Positions 42,130 to 55,700 of a stretch of 64,000 bases of DNA are shown here, in pieces. Position numbers and translations under genes: made by a program. Positions within the stretch are counted from its first letter, which is position 1. The number at the start of each line of letters is the position of its first letter. The stretch lies in contig OZ218950.1 in the NCBI GenBank assembly GCA_965112735.1, positions 7,192,001-7,256,000 of the forward strand, in the 5' to 3' direction. The stretch is from Phaeosaccion multiseriatum. Its lineage: Eukaryota; Protista; Ochrophyta, other classes. Under the pieces are notes generated by a model. That model worked only from the letters and a program-made list of their open reading frames with translations, ran no database searches and had not been told where the DNA came from.

Positions 42130-44746
42130 ATGTCCAAGCGCAGAGGAGAGAACCGCCAGCTCAGGCCTGAAGAGGTGGAGGCCCAAGAGGCAGAGGTGTG
42201 TGGTGGAAAGATAAGGCAAAGGGCTGTCTGGGTGCATGCTTATTTACGCGCTCCCAGTCTCGTTTCAGTGCTCTAGAATTGTTGAGTTGGGGGGGAGGTG
42301 AAGGGCGAGAGCACATCGAGCTTACGGCGAGCGCGTTACGAGGTGCTGCTGCTGCCAGTAGGGTTATGGAACTGCCGACAGTAGACTGGATCTCCTCGAA
42401 ATTCCAACCCCCAAATCTCTTCTCTCTCCCTCTCCCTCCTCCTTCCTCCTTGCTTTGCTTATACTTCTACCTGCATCGCCGCAGGAGTCTGTTGAGGCCG
42501 GCGTGTTCCAGCGCGCCTCGGAAGAGCAGCTGCAGAAGAGGAAGATTGTGTCCGTCAAGAGGAAGAAGAGGCCGGCGGCAGCAACAGCGGCGCCCGCACC
42601 TGCCTCCTTGGGAGGGTCCGCCTCAGTAGGGGCGTCTTTTGCAGGTGTGCGACGCTAGCTCGTGTGCGTGTGTGTAGCTATGGTTACCTTACATACCTCC
42701 GGGGTTGGGTCTCAGCGTTACTTCCATGACCACCGACTGCATATCGTAGGCGCCTCCATCCACATGCATCCTCCGCATGTACCAATCGCTGCTGCTGCCC
42801 ACCCTACTCTTCTCGTGTTCCCTCGCCCTCCAGGAGCCCTACACACAGGTAATGGGGCCGATTCCTCGCCCGCCGCTTCCCTGCTCAACCCCTTTCAGGG
42901 CTTCTCCGCCCTCACCCCCTCCGCCCCCAGCTCTGCGGCTAAGGCAGGTCAGTCAGTCAGTGTTTGGGAGCTTTCCAAACAGGCTCAACACATGTAACAG
43001 TTCCTTGCAAGCATGTGTTTCTGACACGGCCCATGCCCCCCTCCCGCCCAAAGGCGCTGCCTCGACCAGCACGAGCGCCCCCTTCTCCTTCGGGGCACTA
43101 GGAGGAGGAGGAGGAGGAGGAGGAGCGAAGGAGAAGGCGGCAGGAGGAGCAGCAACAGGAGCAGGGGGAGTAGTAGTAGCAGGAGGAGGGGGCTTCTCTT
43201 TTGGTGCGCGCCCCTCCTTGCCCGTCCCTGCCAAGCCTTCGCCCTCGCCCGCCGCTCCACCGGGTAGCAGCGGCAGCGGCAGTGGCTCTGTCAGCTTTAG
43301 CGCAGACACGTTGGGCGGCGGTTCAGGATCCTTCTCAGCCAAGCCCAGGCCACCCTCCACACCAGGGCCGAAGAGCGGTGGCGGTGGCGGAGGGAGGGGC
43401 ACAGAGGGGGACACGGCCATGACGCGGCTAAACTCGACCTTCCGGCGGTGGGTGACAGCCCAGGCATCCTCCAAGCCGCTGAGCTCCTGGGCAGAGGGGC
43501 TTCGCGACTACGCGACACACGCTGAGAGGCTCCGGGCCAAGCACAGCGGCAGCGGCGGAGGCAGCAGAGCCGGGGAGGGGGCCAAAGAGGGTGAGAAGGA
43601 GGGAGGCGGGCTTTGGCGGCATGGCATGTGGATTGGGAGTGAGTGAGTGTCGGTTCGCTGGCATGATGACTGCTGTATACCGCAAGTACCTGCGTGCACT
43701 GCCTGAGTCAATCCCCGCTGCCCGCCCCCTCTCTGCCCCTGCCTCGCACGACAGCTCGGGCGGCGATACCCGCTCTCGGCTCGGGGACGGGTCCCTCGGA
43801 GTACCCGGTAACCCCGGGGTTGAGCTTTGGCTCCTCCTTGGCTGTGCCTACCCCTGCCAGTGGAGGCGGCGGTAGCGGTGGGGGAGGGGGGAACGCAAAG
43901 AACACGCCCAGCTCTGTGGGCTTCTCGTTTAACGCCCCAGCCAACTTCTTCTCCGCCCCCGCGGCACCACGAGCAGCAGCAGCAGCAGGTGGGGGGGGGG
44001 GGTTCTCCTTCGGGGGTCAAGCAGCGGCGCCAACACTACCCCCAGCAGCAGCACCAGCAGCAGCCGCAGCCGCAGCAGCAGAAGCAGGAGGAGGAGGAGG
44101 AGGAGGAGGAGACGCCGAGGACGGCTTCCCGAAGGAGCAGCCCACGGAGCTGGGCCGAGCAGCGGGGGAGGAGGATGAGAGGGTGGTGCGGGAGATGCGG
44201 TCCAAGCTGTTCCGCTTCAACGTGGAGACCAAGGAGTGGGGGGACATGGGAAAGGGGCAATTGCGGCTCATGCGGCACAAGCACACGGACAAGCGGCGCA
44301 TGGTACTGCGCAACGAGGGGGGGAAGGTCACGCTCAACATGGCCGTCTCGAGTGGTGAGCATGTTGCAGGGGGCTGTGGAGAGGAAGGGAGAGGGAGGGA
44401 GAGGGAGAGAGGGGCGGGTGCTGGGGGACTTTTTGAGGGAGACAAAGAGAAAGAGAGCGAGAGACGGGCGGGTGCGGGGGCCGTCCGAGTGAGGGAGAGG
44501 GAGGGAGGCTGACAAATTGTGCACTGCATGCCCATGTCCTGCCCTGTCCTCAATCGATGCCTCCGTATGCCTCTGCTGCAACCCCGACACGACACAGGGA
44601 TGAAGTTCGACAAGACGAGCAAGGGCGTGCAGTTCGTGGGCCCCAGTGAGGACGGTACGGCGCTGGTCAAGTACTTGGTGCAGCTGAGAAAGGCGGAGAT
44701 CGACAGCCTCTTCGACAGCTTCGTGGGGCTCGTCCCTACATCATGA
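42130..44746 (+). CDS. NUP50: Nucleoporin Nup50/Nup2-like (NUP50 domain, FG repeats, Ran-binding domain), 6 exons
   Basis: MSKRRGENRQLRPEE + GVFQRASEEQLQKRKIV (importin-alpha-binding domain), NPFQGF, FSFG repeats, LNSTFRRWV...W.EGLRDYATH, and RanBD EEDERVVREMRSKLFRF...EWGDMGKGQLRL...RMVLRNEGGKVTLN. Confidence 0.88.
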
Positions 44747-44829
44747 CACGGAGCTTTGCCGCACATGAACACATCCTGGGTGCCATACAGAGTTTTCATT
44801 AATCATAAAATTCGACCCTAGACGGTTAT

Positions 44830-44905
44830 CTGATTACTGATTACGGCCGGCGCCAGCCGGCCTGATTACTGATTATGGCGCCAGCCGTGCCTGATTATTG
44901 ATTCG
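44830..44905. repeat. Short tandem repeats CTGATTACTGATTA / GGCGCCAGCCG
   Basis: Three degenerate copies just downstream of the Nup50 3' end. Confidence 0.6.
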
Positions 44906-46015
44906 CCGGCCCCCTTTCCAGGCTACCTTACGCCACCTTACGTAAGATTGCCAACAACAGACAGCGCGCACGCGCACACATGCACCGCCCTCTGCCCTTG
45001 GAGACGCTCGGTAGGCAATACGCAGCCTGGCAACACACAAGAACAATGGCTGGCAAGTATTCCAGTGGCATATACCAGAGGGAAGGGGGAAAGGTGAAAG
45101 GGAGCTAAACACCCTGAGCGATGCGCGAGAAGAGGAGCGAGACTCAACAAGACAAAACCACGCGACTCTCGTGCCGGCCTCCAAACGCAAGTGCAACGGG
45201 CACAACGGGACCTGGAGGAGGCCTCGTTTTGCTCTTTTGCCTCATTTTCAAGCCCTTTCGCCCTTTCCCGTTCCCGATTTTCTCCGCCCCGCGCTTTTCT
45301 GCGGATTTCGAAATTTTCAAAAATTTGTAAATATTTGTATCTTCCAAATTCCGCTCCTTTCACCCTTGTTTATCGCCTTCCATCACGTTGCCAATGTTTC
45401 ACAGACACACAATACCTTCGTGTCACGCTCGCCAAAATTTCCTGCTCGAATATCGGTCAGGTGGTAAGTGTTGTGGCTTGAGACATGGCATCCATTCACA
45501 AACCAACTCCTTTGCCCAGAAGGTGAGATGGGTGTCCCTATATGCAGTAGAAGAGGGGGTGTGGACGGGAGAGAGGGAAGGAGGGGAGGGCCCGGGGTGA
45601 GAGGCAGCAGAGATGGTGTGGAGGTGTTACCGGTTGTTTGAACGACCACCCTGTACCGGCCTGTGGCGAAATTGTTGCGGAGGTCTCAAAGCTGGGGCCC
45701 ACCGCCGCTGGGCCGAGGCAGGGGCGAGGGGGAGAGGCGAGGAAGGCAGGAGCAGAGAGGGAACGAGCGGCGGGCAGGGTGTGGCGTCTTGTGTGTTCTC
45801 CTGCCGCATTTGCCGTGCCATTTCTGTGGAGAAGGCCTGTGGAAAGACAAAGACAAAAGACACGTAGAAAATCTTACCAGCACAACCCCCCTCCCTCTTC
45901 CCGCTCCCTGCCTTGCTCCTCCCGTCCTGCTCCCTACCCTCCCGCCCTCTCCCTTTTATTTCTCCAACCATGCCCCACCGCAGCGTCCATCTTTCGCCAA
46001 AGAAAGACGGACAAA

Positions 46016-48046
46016 ATGCCGTTCTACCTTCCCAAGCGGGTGATCACACTCGCGGTCCTTTTCGTGGGCATCCTCGCTTTGCTCGGAGGAGGCCTCGCCG
46101 ACACCCCCGCGCCTACGCTGGCGCCCGCTGAGCCTACCCCTGCGCCGACGGTGAGTAGAAAAGGCCTTTCTTGGGTTACTATTTGTGTGAGGGCGCTGAC
46201 CACCCATGTGAAGAAAATGTTTCGTCCCGAAGCCTATCATGCCGCACTGCTTCACACTGCTTTTACTCTTCCTTGTCCTTCCCTTCTCCTCCCTTCACAG
46301 GTCACCATCACCATCATCATCATCGGAAATTTCAACATTTCGTTCCTAAGAGCTCTGCTCGAGTTCTTGTTTGGTTTCTCTCCCATCCGACGAAACCTGG
46401 CCGTCGGCGACGAGGCGCCCCCCCAGCTCTTCAACACGGTGCTCGAAATTGTGGAGAATGCCGGAGAAGTGGCAGCGGCCGAGGTCAGCGCCATCTCCAA
46501 CACCGTGACTGCCTTTGAGTTGTTGGAGGTGGAGGAACCCAACCCCGAGCTCGCCACCTACGGGGCATCCTACACCATGACCTTCGTGGTGCCCCTTGAC
46601 GAGGACGTGGACGTGGACCTGAACGACATTCTCCTCACCATTAACGAAGAGCTCAAGAAGGGCGCGGAGGAAGCTGAACTTGACATTTCCCACGTCACGG
46701 CCGTCGGCTCATCGTCCCCAACCCCGGTGCCGGCGCCGACCCCTGTGGCTGTTACTCCCATGCCTACCTCGGCCCCCACCCCGGCCCCCACCACCGCGGC
46801 GCCCACCACCGTCGCCCCCACCACCGTCGCCCCCACCACTGTCGCCCCCACCACCGCGGCGCCCACCACCGTCGCCCCCACCACCGCTGCCCCTGTTCCC
46901 GAGGACACCCTGGCCCCCACCACCGCGGCCCCTGTGTGCGTGCCCGGAGCCCCCGTGCCTACCGCCGAGTGCATGGACTGCCAGGCCCTCTGCACCGCTC
47001 AAGGAACCACCTGCTTCATCGACGAAACCTGCCCTTACACCCAGGGCGGTCTGGGATGCAACTTGTTCGGCATTCCCAACTGCCGCGGTTGCGGTGGAAG
47101 CGGCACCTTCGCCAGCATCACCTGCGGCGACTGCCCCATGGAGCCCTCCACCGTGTGCTCGCCTGTCCCCGCGCCCACCATGATGCCCGCCCCCGCCCCC
47201 ACCATGATGCCCGTCGTGGCTCCCACCATGGTGCCAGTCATGGCTCCCACCATGAAGCCGGTGGCTCCCACCCCGCCCACCCCTCCCACCATCATGCCGA
47301 CACCGCCCACCCCCGCCGGCGACGAGTGCACCGACTACTGCACCAAGTACTATCCCGGTGACCTCTCTTGCTACACGGACCCCGCCTGCGCAGGAGGAGG
47401 AACCGGATGCGGAGCCCACATCGGCGCGCGCATCAAGGCCGGCATCATCCCCGACGCCTTGTGCCGCTTCTGCGGAGCGGCCCCCTACTACTCCTGCCCG
47501 ACGGCACCCACACCCACCCCGCCCTCACCCACACCTACCCCTCCTACCCCTCCTACCCCTCCCACACCTACCCCTCCTACCCCTCCCACACCGCCCACCC
47601 CTACGCCCCCCGCCGGCGACGAGTGCACCAGCTACTGCGCCAGCTACTGGCCCAAGGATCTCTCTTGCTACTCGGACCCCGCCTGCTCCAGGGGAGGAGT
47701 CGGATGCCGAGCCCACGAGGCCGTGCGCAAGAGCTCCGGCGTCATCCCCGACGCCTATTGCCGCTTCTGCGGATCGGACCCCTACAACTCCTGCCCGTCC
47801 GGCCCCACGCCCACGCCTCCTTCGCCCACGCCGCCCACGCCCACCCCGCCCTACCCCACGCCCGTGCCCGTCGCACCCGTGGACGAGTGCTCGGAGTTCT
47901 GCGCGGCTGCTCATCCTAACTCCCCAGCATGCTTCACCGACCCCACGTGCCCAGGGGGTGAGCCTAGCGGAGGCCTTGGATGCAATGCGCACGGGGAGAG
48001 GTACTGCCGATTCTGCGGTTCCGGCAACCTCGCGGCCTGCCCATAA
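46016..48046 (+). CDS. Secreted mucin-like protein with four 8-Cys repeats on Pro/Thr linkers; exons 46016-46150, 46301-48046
   Basis: Signal peptide MPFYLPKRVITLAVLFVGILALLGGGLA; in-frame 150-nt GT-AG intron; APTT[AV] and PTP repeats; four C..C..C[FY].D..C..GG.GC...CR.CG...C domains; strong GC3 codon bias. Confidence 0.85.
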   Translation: MPFYLPKRVITLAVLFVGILALLGGGLADTPAPTLAPAEPTPAPTVSRKGLSWVTICVRALTTHVKKMFRPEAYHAALLHTAFTLPCPSLLLPSQVTITIIIIGNFNISFLRALLEFLFGFSPIRRNLAVGDEAPPQLFNTVLEIVENAGEVAAAEVSAISNTVTAFELLEVEEPNPELATYGASYTMTFVVPLDEDVDVDLNDILLTINEELKKGAEEAELDISHVTAVGSSSPTPVPAPTPVAVTPMPTSAPTPAPTTAAPTTVAPTTVAPTTVAPTTAAPTTVAPTTAAPVPEDTLAPTTAAPVCVPGAPVPTAECMDCQALCTAQGTTCFIDETCPYTQGGLGCNLFGIPNCRGCGGSGTFASITCGDCPMEPSTVCSPVPAPTMMPAPAPTMMPVVAPTMVPVMAPTMKPVAPTPPTPPTIMPTPPTPAGDECTDYCTKYYPGDLSCYTDPACAGGGTGCGAHIGARIKAGIIPDALCRFCGAAPYYSCPTAPTPTPPSPTPTPPTPPTPPTPTPPTPPTPPTPTPPAGDECTSYCASYWPKDLSCYSDPACSRGGVGCRAHEAVRKSSGVIPDAYCRFCGSDPYNSCPSGPTPTPPSPTPPTPTPPYPTPVPVAPVDECSEFCAAAHPNSPACFTDPTCPGGEPSGGLGCNAHGERYCRFCGSGNLAACP

Positions 48047-49095
48047 ACGCTCAGCTTGGACGCAAGTCGCTTAGGAGGGAAAATGAAGGGAACCACTTGT
48101 GGCATCACCCTTGTGAGAAGAGACCTTTTGTTTCGTGACGTGGTAGTTTTTTGGAGGGCGGGAGTGGACGGGTGGACCTTCCTGCCCCTCGCCGCTCTTA
48201 AGAAGCGGGGAGGGAGGACGGACGGACACTCGGCGACCGCATTTTGTTCGTGTTGTGACAAGCGTAAGAATAGAAGTATTGTGTTGGTTTAAGAACATAT
48301 ATATGTACGTCTGATGTATGTCTGATATATGCTGTGTCTACTTTGCGGCTCGGCTGCTCATAGTTCGATCTTGACTTCATGGTTGGTGATGTAAGCGAGG
48401 TCGCTCACCTCCAGACACTACCGTTTAGAGTCACCAAAACGTGCCCCGCCCCCTCCCCTTCCACTCCAAACTGGTCTAACAAACTGAAACCCCCCGTTCC
48501 TTACGTAAGGGCTGTGCGGGTCTTACACAAGGGTGTCTTGCAGCCCAGAGGGCCCTCCCTCCCCCCCCCCTAAAGTGCCTCTATCGCCGAGTTGAGCAGT
48601 ACGCCAATCGCCTTTGAAGTAGGTGTCTTGGAGGTGAGTGTCCTCTCTTGGTACGTCTTGACTTGTCTTGACTTGATGGTTTGTTTGTCTTCTCTCCTCT
48701 TCCTCCATCTTTAGCACCACGGAGAGAAAAGATTGCCCAACTTCGGTGTCTCTTTTGTACTAGGAAGTACTGAAGTATCAAATATGCGAGCATGCGTCAG
48801 ACTCACTGAAGTACTGAAGTACCACGTACTGAAGTATCAGTACCAAACACGCGTCAGCCTCTCCCACGGGTATCAGTACCAAACACGCGTTAGCCTTTAT
48901 GGGAAGGGAAGGCCGCAGTCTCAGAGCCCCTCGCGCCGCTTCTTGCATTGATTGGCCCATTAGGCCTCGTACACTCACACTCAAACTCAAACTGGCCGTG
49001 GATGGGCAGCTCGCAGCGGCCGTGCCCGGCCCTGCACGCTCCGCTGGGAGCTCGACCAATTTCCACTGTCATCCACTGCCATCCACTGCCATCCC

Positions 49096-52000
49096 TCACC
49101 CCCAGCCGTGCCCGCTCCGCTGGGAGCTGCCCGAGGAGAAGGCGCTGGTCTGAAGTTCGTAGATACGCGGCCCCTTCAGCAGCAGGAAGTTCTCCGCACG
49201 GAGCAGCTCCACGAAGCCGTCGAAGTCCGGGATGCTGCTCAGTCATCAGTCAGTCGGTCAGTCAGTCGGTCAGTCAGTCAGTCAGTCATTCAGTCAGTCA
49301 GTCGGTCAGAGGGTAAAGGACGAGGGGGAGAGGAGTCACAAGCATGGGGTGAGGGGCGGAGGGGCTCAGTACAAGGCGTGCAGGGCAAGCGAGGCAGAGC
49401 AGATGGCAGCCAACACGCAGCATACGGTTTTAGTTCCAGCTTCAGTGAAGGCGGCTACTGACCCCCCGCGTGGACACTCGCTCGCAACCCCACTGACTTA
49501 CTTGAGGCCGATTCTGTTGGCGAGGGTAAGCATACTCTGCTTGGAGAACATGGCGCTGCCCTCTCGAGCAGCCTCCTTGTTGAGTGCAGACACAAACACC
49601 TTGACCTGGGGGGGGAGGGAGAGGAGGGGGTAAGGGGGTGTCTGTCAGAGGAGCTGTTGGGGGTCATTTGGGAGGTGTTGGGTAGGGGGGCGCGGGGGCG
49701 GGGGCGGGGGGAGGGGGCAGGAAGGGGCCAGAGGCCGCTCCATGGCGATCGAGGAAAAGGAGGAGCAGCAGCAGAGGGAGCAGGGGGAAGGGGCTAGTGC
49801 GGGCCGGGCCGCAAGACGTTATGAAGGCACAAAGCAAGAGGGCATTGTAAAGCAGCTCACAGATGGCAGCGCAAGATGGAGGGGCGAGGGCAAGTGTGCC
49901 CCCCGGGGCAGCGTAGAAGCAGCGCGAGCGGGCTATTTCCTGTCCCGACACCCCGTACCTGCTTGCCCTTGCCCAGGCCTTTGGAGGAGGAGCGGCCGAA
50001 GTCGATGACGCCATTGTCTCCTGTATAGGCCTCCAAAAGGGCCTGCAGTTGGTGATACAGCAGTGCCAGTTGGATGTACAGCAGGAGGGGGAAGAGTTCA
50101 CAACCATGCCCGGTACCCCGCAAGGAACGGAAGGGGACTCAATCCATGCCTGACATTGGCATTGGGTATGGGGCAATGCTTGACATTGGCATTGGGTATG
50201 GGGCAATGCTTGACATTGGCATTGGGTATGGGGCAATGCTTGACATTGGCATTGGGTATGGGGCAATGCCCTGACATTGGCATTGGGTATGGGGCAATGC
50301 TTCCCCTCCCTCTACTCAAGCCTGCTCTCTCTCTTCTCTCTCTCTTCCTCTCTCATCTCTCTCCCTCTCCCCATCTCTCTCCCTCTCTTCCTCTCTCTCT
50401 CTCCATCTCTCCCTTCTTTCTCTCCCCCACCCCTCTCTCCTTCCCTCTCTCTCTTCGAATAGACCCGCTCTCCACGTCCCGAGAGAGAGAGAGAGTGAAA
50501 CGGCAAGTGCCCCTGCCCCACTGCCCCACTGCCCCACTGCCCCACTGCCCCACTGCCCCACCCACCTCTCCCCCACCTTCACCCTCCTCTCCCTACCTCT
50601 CCCCCACCTTCACCCTCCTCTCCCTACCTCTCCCCCACCTTCACCCTCCTCTCCCTACCTCTACCCCACCTTCACCCACCTCTCCCTACCTCTACCCTCC
50701 TCCTCTCCTCTCCTCTCCTCTCCCTCCTCCTCTCCTCTACCCTCCTCCTCTCCTCTCCTCCTCCTCTCCTCTATCCTCCTCCTCTCCCCTCCTCCTCTCC
50801 TCTCCTCTACCCTCCTCCTCTTCTCTCCTCTCCTCTACCCTCCTCCTCTCCTCTCCTCCTCCTCTCCTCTATCCTCCTCCTCTCCCCTCCTCCTCTCCTC
50901 TCCTCTCCCCTCCTCCTCTCCTCTCCCCTCCTCTTCCCTCCTCCTCTCCTCTCCTCTCCTCTCCTCTCCTCTCCTCTCCTCTCCTCTCCTCTCCTCTCCT
51001 CTCCCCTCCTCCTCTCCTCTCCTCTCCTCACCTCTTGCATCATATCCACAACATCCTTGGCATCCTGACGAGTCACTTCCTCTCTGAGCTCGGCCCTCGC
51101 CCTGGCCTGAGACAGGCGCACAAGCGACTCAAGCTGGCGGGTAGTGATGGGCATGGATTGGCCGTCGCTGGCCTGAGCGAGGGGGGGGGGGAGAGGAGAG
51201 GAAAGGGGTGGGTTGGAGAGAGGAGAGAGGAGAGGAGGGAAGAAGAGAGGAGAGGAGAAAAGAGGAGAGAAGAGAGGAGAGAGAAGAGGAGAGGACAGGA
51301 AAGAGTGGGAGAGAAGAGAGAGGAGAGGAGAGGGGTGGAGAGAAGAGGAGGGGAGACAAGAGGAGGGGAGAGGAGAGGAAGGGGCGGAGGGGGGAGAGGA
51401 CAGGAGAGGAGAGATGAGAAGAGAGAAGAGAAGAGAAGTGGAGAGAAGGGGAGAGGACAGGAGAGGAGAGGGGTGGGTTGGAGAAGAAAGAGAGGGGAGA
51501 GGAAGGGGGAGGGGGAGAGATAGGTGAGGAGAGAAGAGGAGGAAAGAGGAGAGAAGAAAAGAGGAGAGGAAAGGAGAACAGGGGGGGAAAAAATGAGAGG
51601 AGAGGACAGGGGTGGAGAGGAGAGGAAAGGGGCGCAGAGGAGAGGAGAGGAGAGGAGAAGAAGGGGGAGGGGCGGAGAGACGAGGGGAGAAGAGATGGGT
51701 GGGTTGCAGAGAGGAGAGGAGAGGAGGAAGGGGGAGAGGGGGAGACATAGGTGAGGAGAGGAGAGAGGAGCGAAGAGGAGAGGGGCAGAGAGAGAGAGAG
51801 AAGAGAGGAGAGGAGAGAGTCAGTCTGTTGCCCTGCCTGCTCTACATCTTGGTCCGTCTTGCCTGCTGCCTTCCTTCCCTGTCTTGTCCCTCACAGATGG
51901 CAAGAGAAAAAGGGAGCCGCGCTCTCTTGCGCCGTCTCGGCCCACACTGTCTGCGTCAACGCACGCACGCCCTCTATGCCTGGGGTAGTCCTGTCACTCA

Positions 52001-52674
52001 CTCACTCACTCACTCACTCACTCACTCACTCACTCACTCACTCACTCACTCCCTCCCTCCCTCCCTCACTCACTCCCACTCACTCATTCCCTTCACTCAC
52101 TCACTCACTACTCACGCATTCACTCACTCCCTCCCTCAATCACTCAAATCACTCACGCCCTCATTCAATGACTCCCTCATATGGCACGAACTCCGTCACT
52201 CACTCACCTCCTTCCTCATAGTCAGGTAGAGCTTCTGCAGCACTCTGCTCAAGCAGTCAGACCAGGGCAGGGCAGTTGGTGATACAGGGCAAGGCAGAGC
52301 AGCAGGAAGGAAGGGCCAAAATCCGGGGGGGGGCACGAGCAAAAGCAACGTCCAATGAATGACACAGGCATATAGGCTGTTGCCCCACAATGAATCATGC
52401 AGGTGTACAGGCCCGCTGAACCATAGAGGCATATGGGTCCTCACCTGGCTGCCTCGAGGCTGAGCTTGGGGCTGACGTAGCGCTTGGCGTAGGCGATGTA
52501 TTTGCGGATGAGATCGGGGGGGAGAGGGTCCAGAGAGTATCTGCAGGCAGCGGGGCACGGGGGGGGGAGAGGGAGGGAGACAGAATAGTGGGAGAGGAAG
52601 AGAGACAGAGAATGAGAGAGAGAGGGAGTGATACAGGCAGAGATAGAGGGAGAGAGACGGAAAGAAAATAGGCG

Positions 52675-52713
<39 letters not shown>

Positions 52714-55700
52714 GCAGAGCGACGAAGCGCCAATTCGGGCAGCAGCGAAGACACCAGAGCAGGGCCGCATTGCTGCTCCTAGGAGACTGGATACGCGCCC
52801 TACGTACCCGTACGTACCCTTATGTCCCCCTTACGTATGCACCCCTCTTACACCTCTGCATCTCTTACCTGGCTGTGCTGGCCTTGAGGCGCTGAGAGAG
52901 GACCGTCGGTCCCTCGATCGGTCCCTCTGGGCCCTCTGTGTGTGCATGGGTGTGTGCATGCGTGCGACCCTGGAGGGCGAAGGCGGACAGAAAGCCCCCG
53001 CCTGCCCCCTCCTCATCCCTGTCCCCGCCCCCCGCGCGGCCTGCCAGCAGATGGAGCCGTTGCGTTGGGCCAGGGTTGTGAGGAGAGCAGTGCGAATACC
53101 GAGACACCCGATATGCTATCTCGACATCTCTATTTCCAATACCGAGACACCCGATATACTATCTCGACATCTCTATATCCAATATCGAGACACCCGATAA
53201 ACATTTCGAGATGTCTACATCCAATAAATACCCTATGTCATCCCCCCTCCATACCTGGTGTGTGTGGTATGTGTGCCCCCCCCCTTTCCTTCCCGTCCGC
53301 CAAGGCGTGCAGACGCATGACGTGCCTGGAAAGCTTATCATCGTGCTCTGCATCGGCTTTGTCCACAAGGATGAACACCAGGTCGAACCTTGTCACGCAC
53401 GCACGTACACACGCAAACAAGCAAGCAGGCCCGCACACACACGGACACACACGGACACACATCGTACACGCACGCACGTACACACGCAAGCAAACAAGCA
53501 AGGAGGCACCAACATACACGTAAGCAAGAAGCATGCAATTAAGCAACAAGGCAACAAGAGCGCAGATTCAAGTGCCCCCCTTTGGTCCTACATGGCAGGG
53601 CAGATTCAACTTGCCTTCCAGCGCTTGCCTCCCAGCGCCCTCCCGCCCCTTCACTCTACGCACATGCCCCCCCACCCCGACGCGCCCACCTCCGACTCGC
53701 ATCCTGACACCCCCCACCTGCTGAGCAGCGCCGAGCTCATCTTGAGATTCTCAGCCACGCTCTTGTCTTTGTTATAGTGCCCACCGATGGGGTTGGCCGC
53801 GGCCATCACGCTGCAGGGTTGGTGATTCACAGTCGCAGTCAACAGTTGGCGGTAGGGGGTAGTCCAGTCACAGTTGGCGGGTGGCAGAGCACCAGTCAGT
53901 CCAGCAATTCAATGCACACACACGCGTCTTTCCCGAGGGGGGTCTGCCCCGAGGGGCCTGCTGCCATCTGGTGCCTTCCATCATACGTCCTCCTACCTGC
54001 ACCTCGCCGACAAACTGGCAACAACCCCGCTCTTGGCCACCGAGATCTAAGGCAAAGCAGGGCAGGAGGGAAGGGGTAGGAGCACAGACGTTGCTTAGGC
54101 CAGGGGCAGGGGCGGCAGGGAGAGTCCTTGGGGCTCGAGGCTGGAGGCTTGAGGTTGAGAAAGCAGTCCAGCAGTCCACGGGGCTGGCCATGTGCAGTGT
54201 ACGGCTTGTTTGCCTTGCCCCCAGCGCTGACTGACACTCGCACTCTGGCACCGCTGTCCCGTCCCGAGCACTGGCACTGACACTGCTTTGAAGCCGTTGA
54301 GGGAAGGAAGGCCCTTCCCCGTCCCATGCCGCAACACAACACAACGGACCACGAAATTGAATACACGCACGCACGCACGCACGCACGCACACACCCACGT
54401 ACCTGCTGCTGCTCCATGGACTCGAGCATGGCATGAGGGTCGCAGGCCAGCTTGTCGAATTCGTCGATGCAGCACACCCCTGCAGGGGAGGGGGGCCACA
54501 CGCATAAAGAGAGACACACGAGAGAGGGAGGGAGACGAGAGGGACAAGACAGAGACGCGAGGGACAGAGGAGAGCAGAGGGGGGGTCGGGACATAGAACG
54601 AGCGAGACAGAGAGAGAGCCGGAAAAGAGAACGAGCGAGAGAGAGAATGAGCGAGAGCTGCGTGAGAGAGGGAGGGACAGAGACAAGTGTGTGGGAGAGG
54701 GAGAGCGGAGTACCGTCAGCGGCCTCCAGGCAGGGCACCTCCCCCCCATCCCCGCCCCCCTTCAAGTACCATCAACTGCCACCATCCAGCCCCCCTGCCG
54801 TACCCCTTACCCTGGTCAGAGAGCACGAGGCCCCCCACCGACTGCCGTCCATCCCCCCCCCATCAAGTGCCATTCCCCCCTTATCCTAGTAAGTCAATAA
54901 CTATACATCCCCCCCTTACCCTGATCTGAGAGCACGAGGGCCCCTGCCTCAAGTCCCACTTCGCTTCCCTCCTTCACGAGCGTCACGGTGAGGCCCGTGG
55001 TGGAGGTGGTGTTGCCGCATACGTACACAGAGCGAGGCGCGACCTGGTGTCAGGACAATCGCCGCCGCCGGAGAGAGGGAGGGGGGAGGGTGGAGGTGAA
55101 GGGGAGGGTGAGGTGAGGTGTATGGCAATCGAGGGGCCCGCCGACTCCATTGACTCCAACCCACTCCACTCCACTCTATTTCCCTTCCTTCCCTCCTTCC
55201 CTCCTTCCTTCATCCCTTCACTCATCTCCACTTCTCGTCTTTCTCTTCCTCCTTCCTTCCTTCCTTCCTTCCTTCCTTCCTTCCTTCCTTCCTTCCTTCC
55301 TTCCTCCTTCCTTCATACCGGCCCACCCCCTTCCACTCATCTCCACTTCTCTTCCTTCTCTTCGCCTTCCTTTGTTCCTCCCTTTGCTCCTTCCTTCCTT
55401 CCATCCATCCTTCCTTCCTTCCTGTGTCCTGCGGCTCTTGTGAAGCTCCTGTTCGCCTCTCTCTATCCCCGTGTGCCCATCCACTCCCCTTCCACTCCCC
55501 CGCCTCAGCAAGTGGCCGGCCCACGCACCCACCAACCCACCCACCCACCCACCCAATCACACCCACCCAACCACACCCACCCACGCACGCACGCAACGCA
55601 CCCACCCCCCACGTGATGCCCTGCCCGGAGCATGTGGCTCTTGCCCATATGCCCTGCCCGGAGTATGGGGCGCTTGCCCCACCCTCCCTCTCTATGTTCC

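Noticed and set aside
43591-43753. Possible extra Nup50 exon (YRKYLRALP frame)
   Set aside because: A phase-1 GT-AG intron 43592-43753 joins the flanking frames cleanly without it.
45638-46015. N-terminal extension of the 802-aa ORF
   Set aside because: Starts at a non-ATG codon; the ATG at 46016 directly precedes a signal peptide.
50151-50301. 30-bp repeats with an internal palindrome (GCATTG...CAATGC), superficially CRISPR-like
   Set aside because: No spacers, no cas genes, and located inside a eukaryotic intron.
50063-52229. Long Pro/Ser/Leu and Arg/Glu/Gly ORFs
   Set aside because: CT/GA-rich intronic microsatellites flanking the short MCM8 exon at ~51031-51172.
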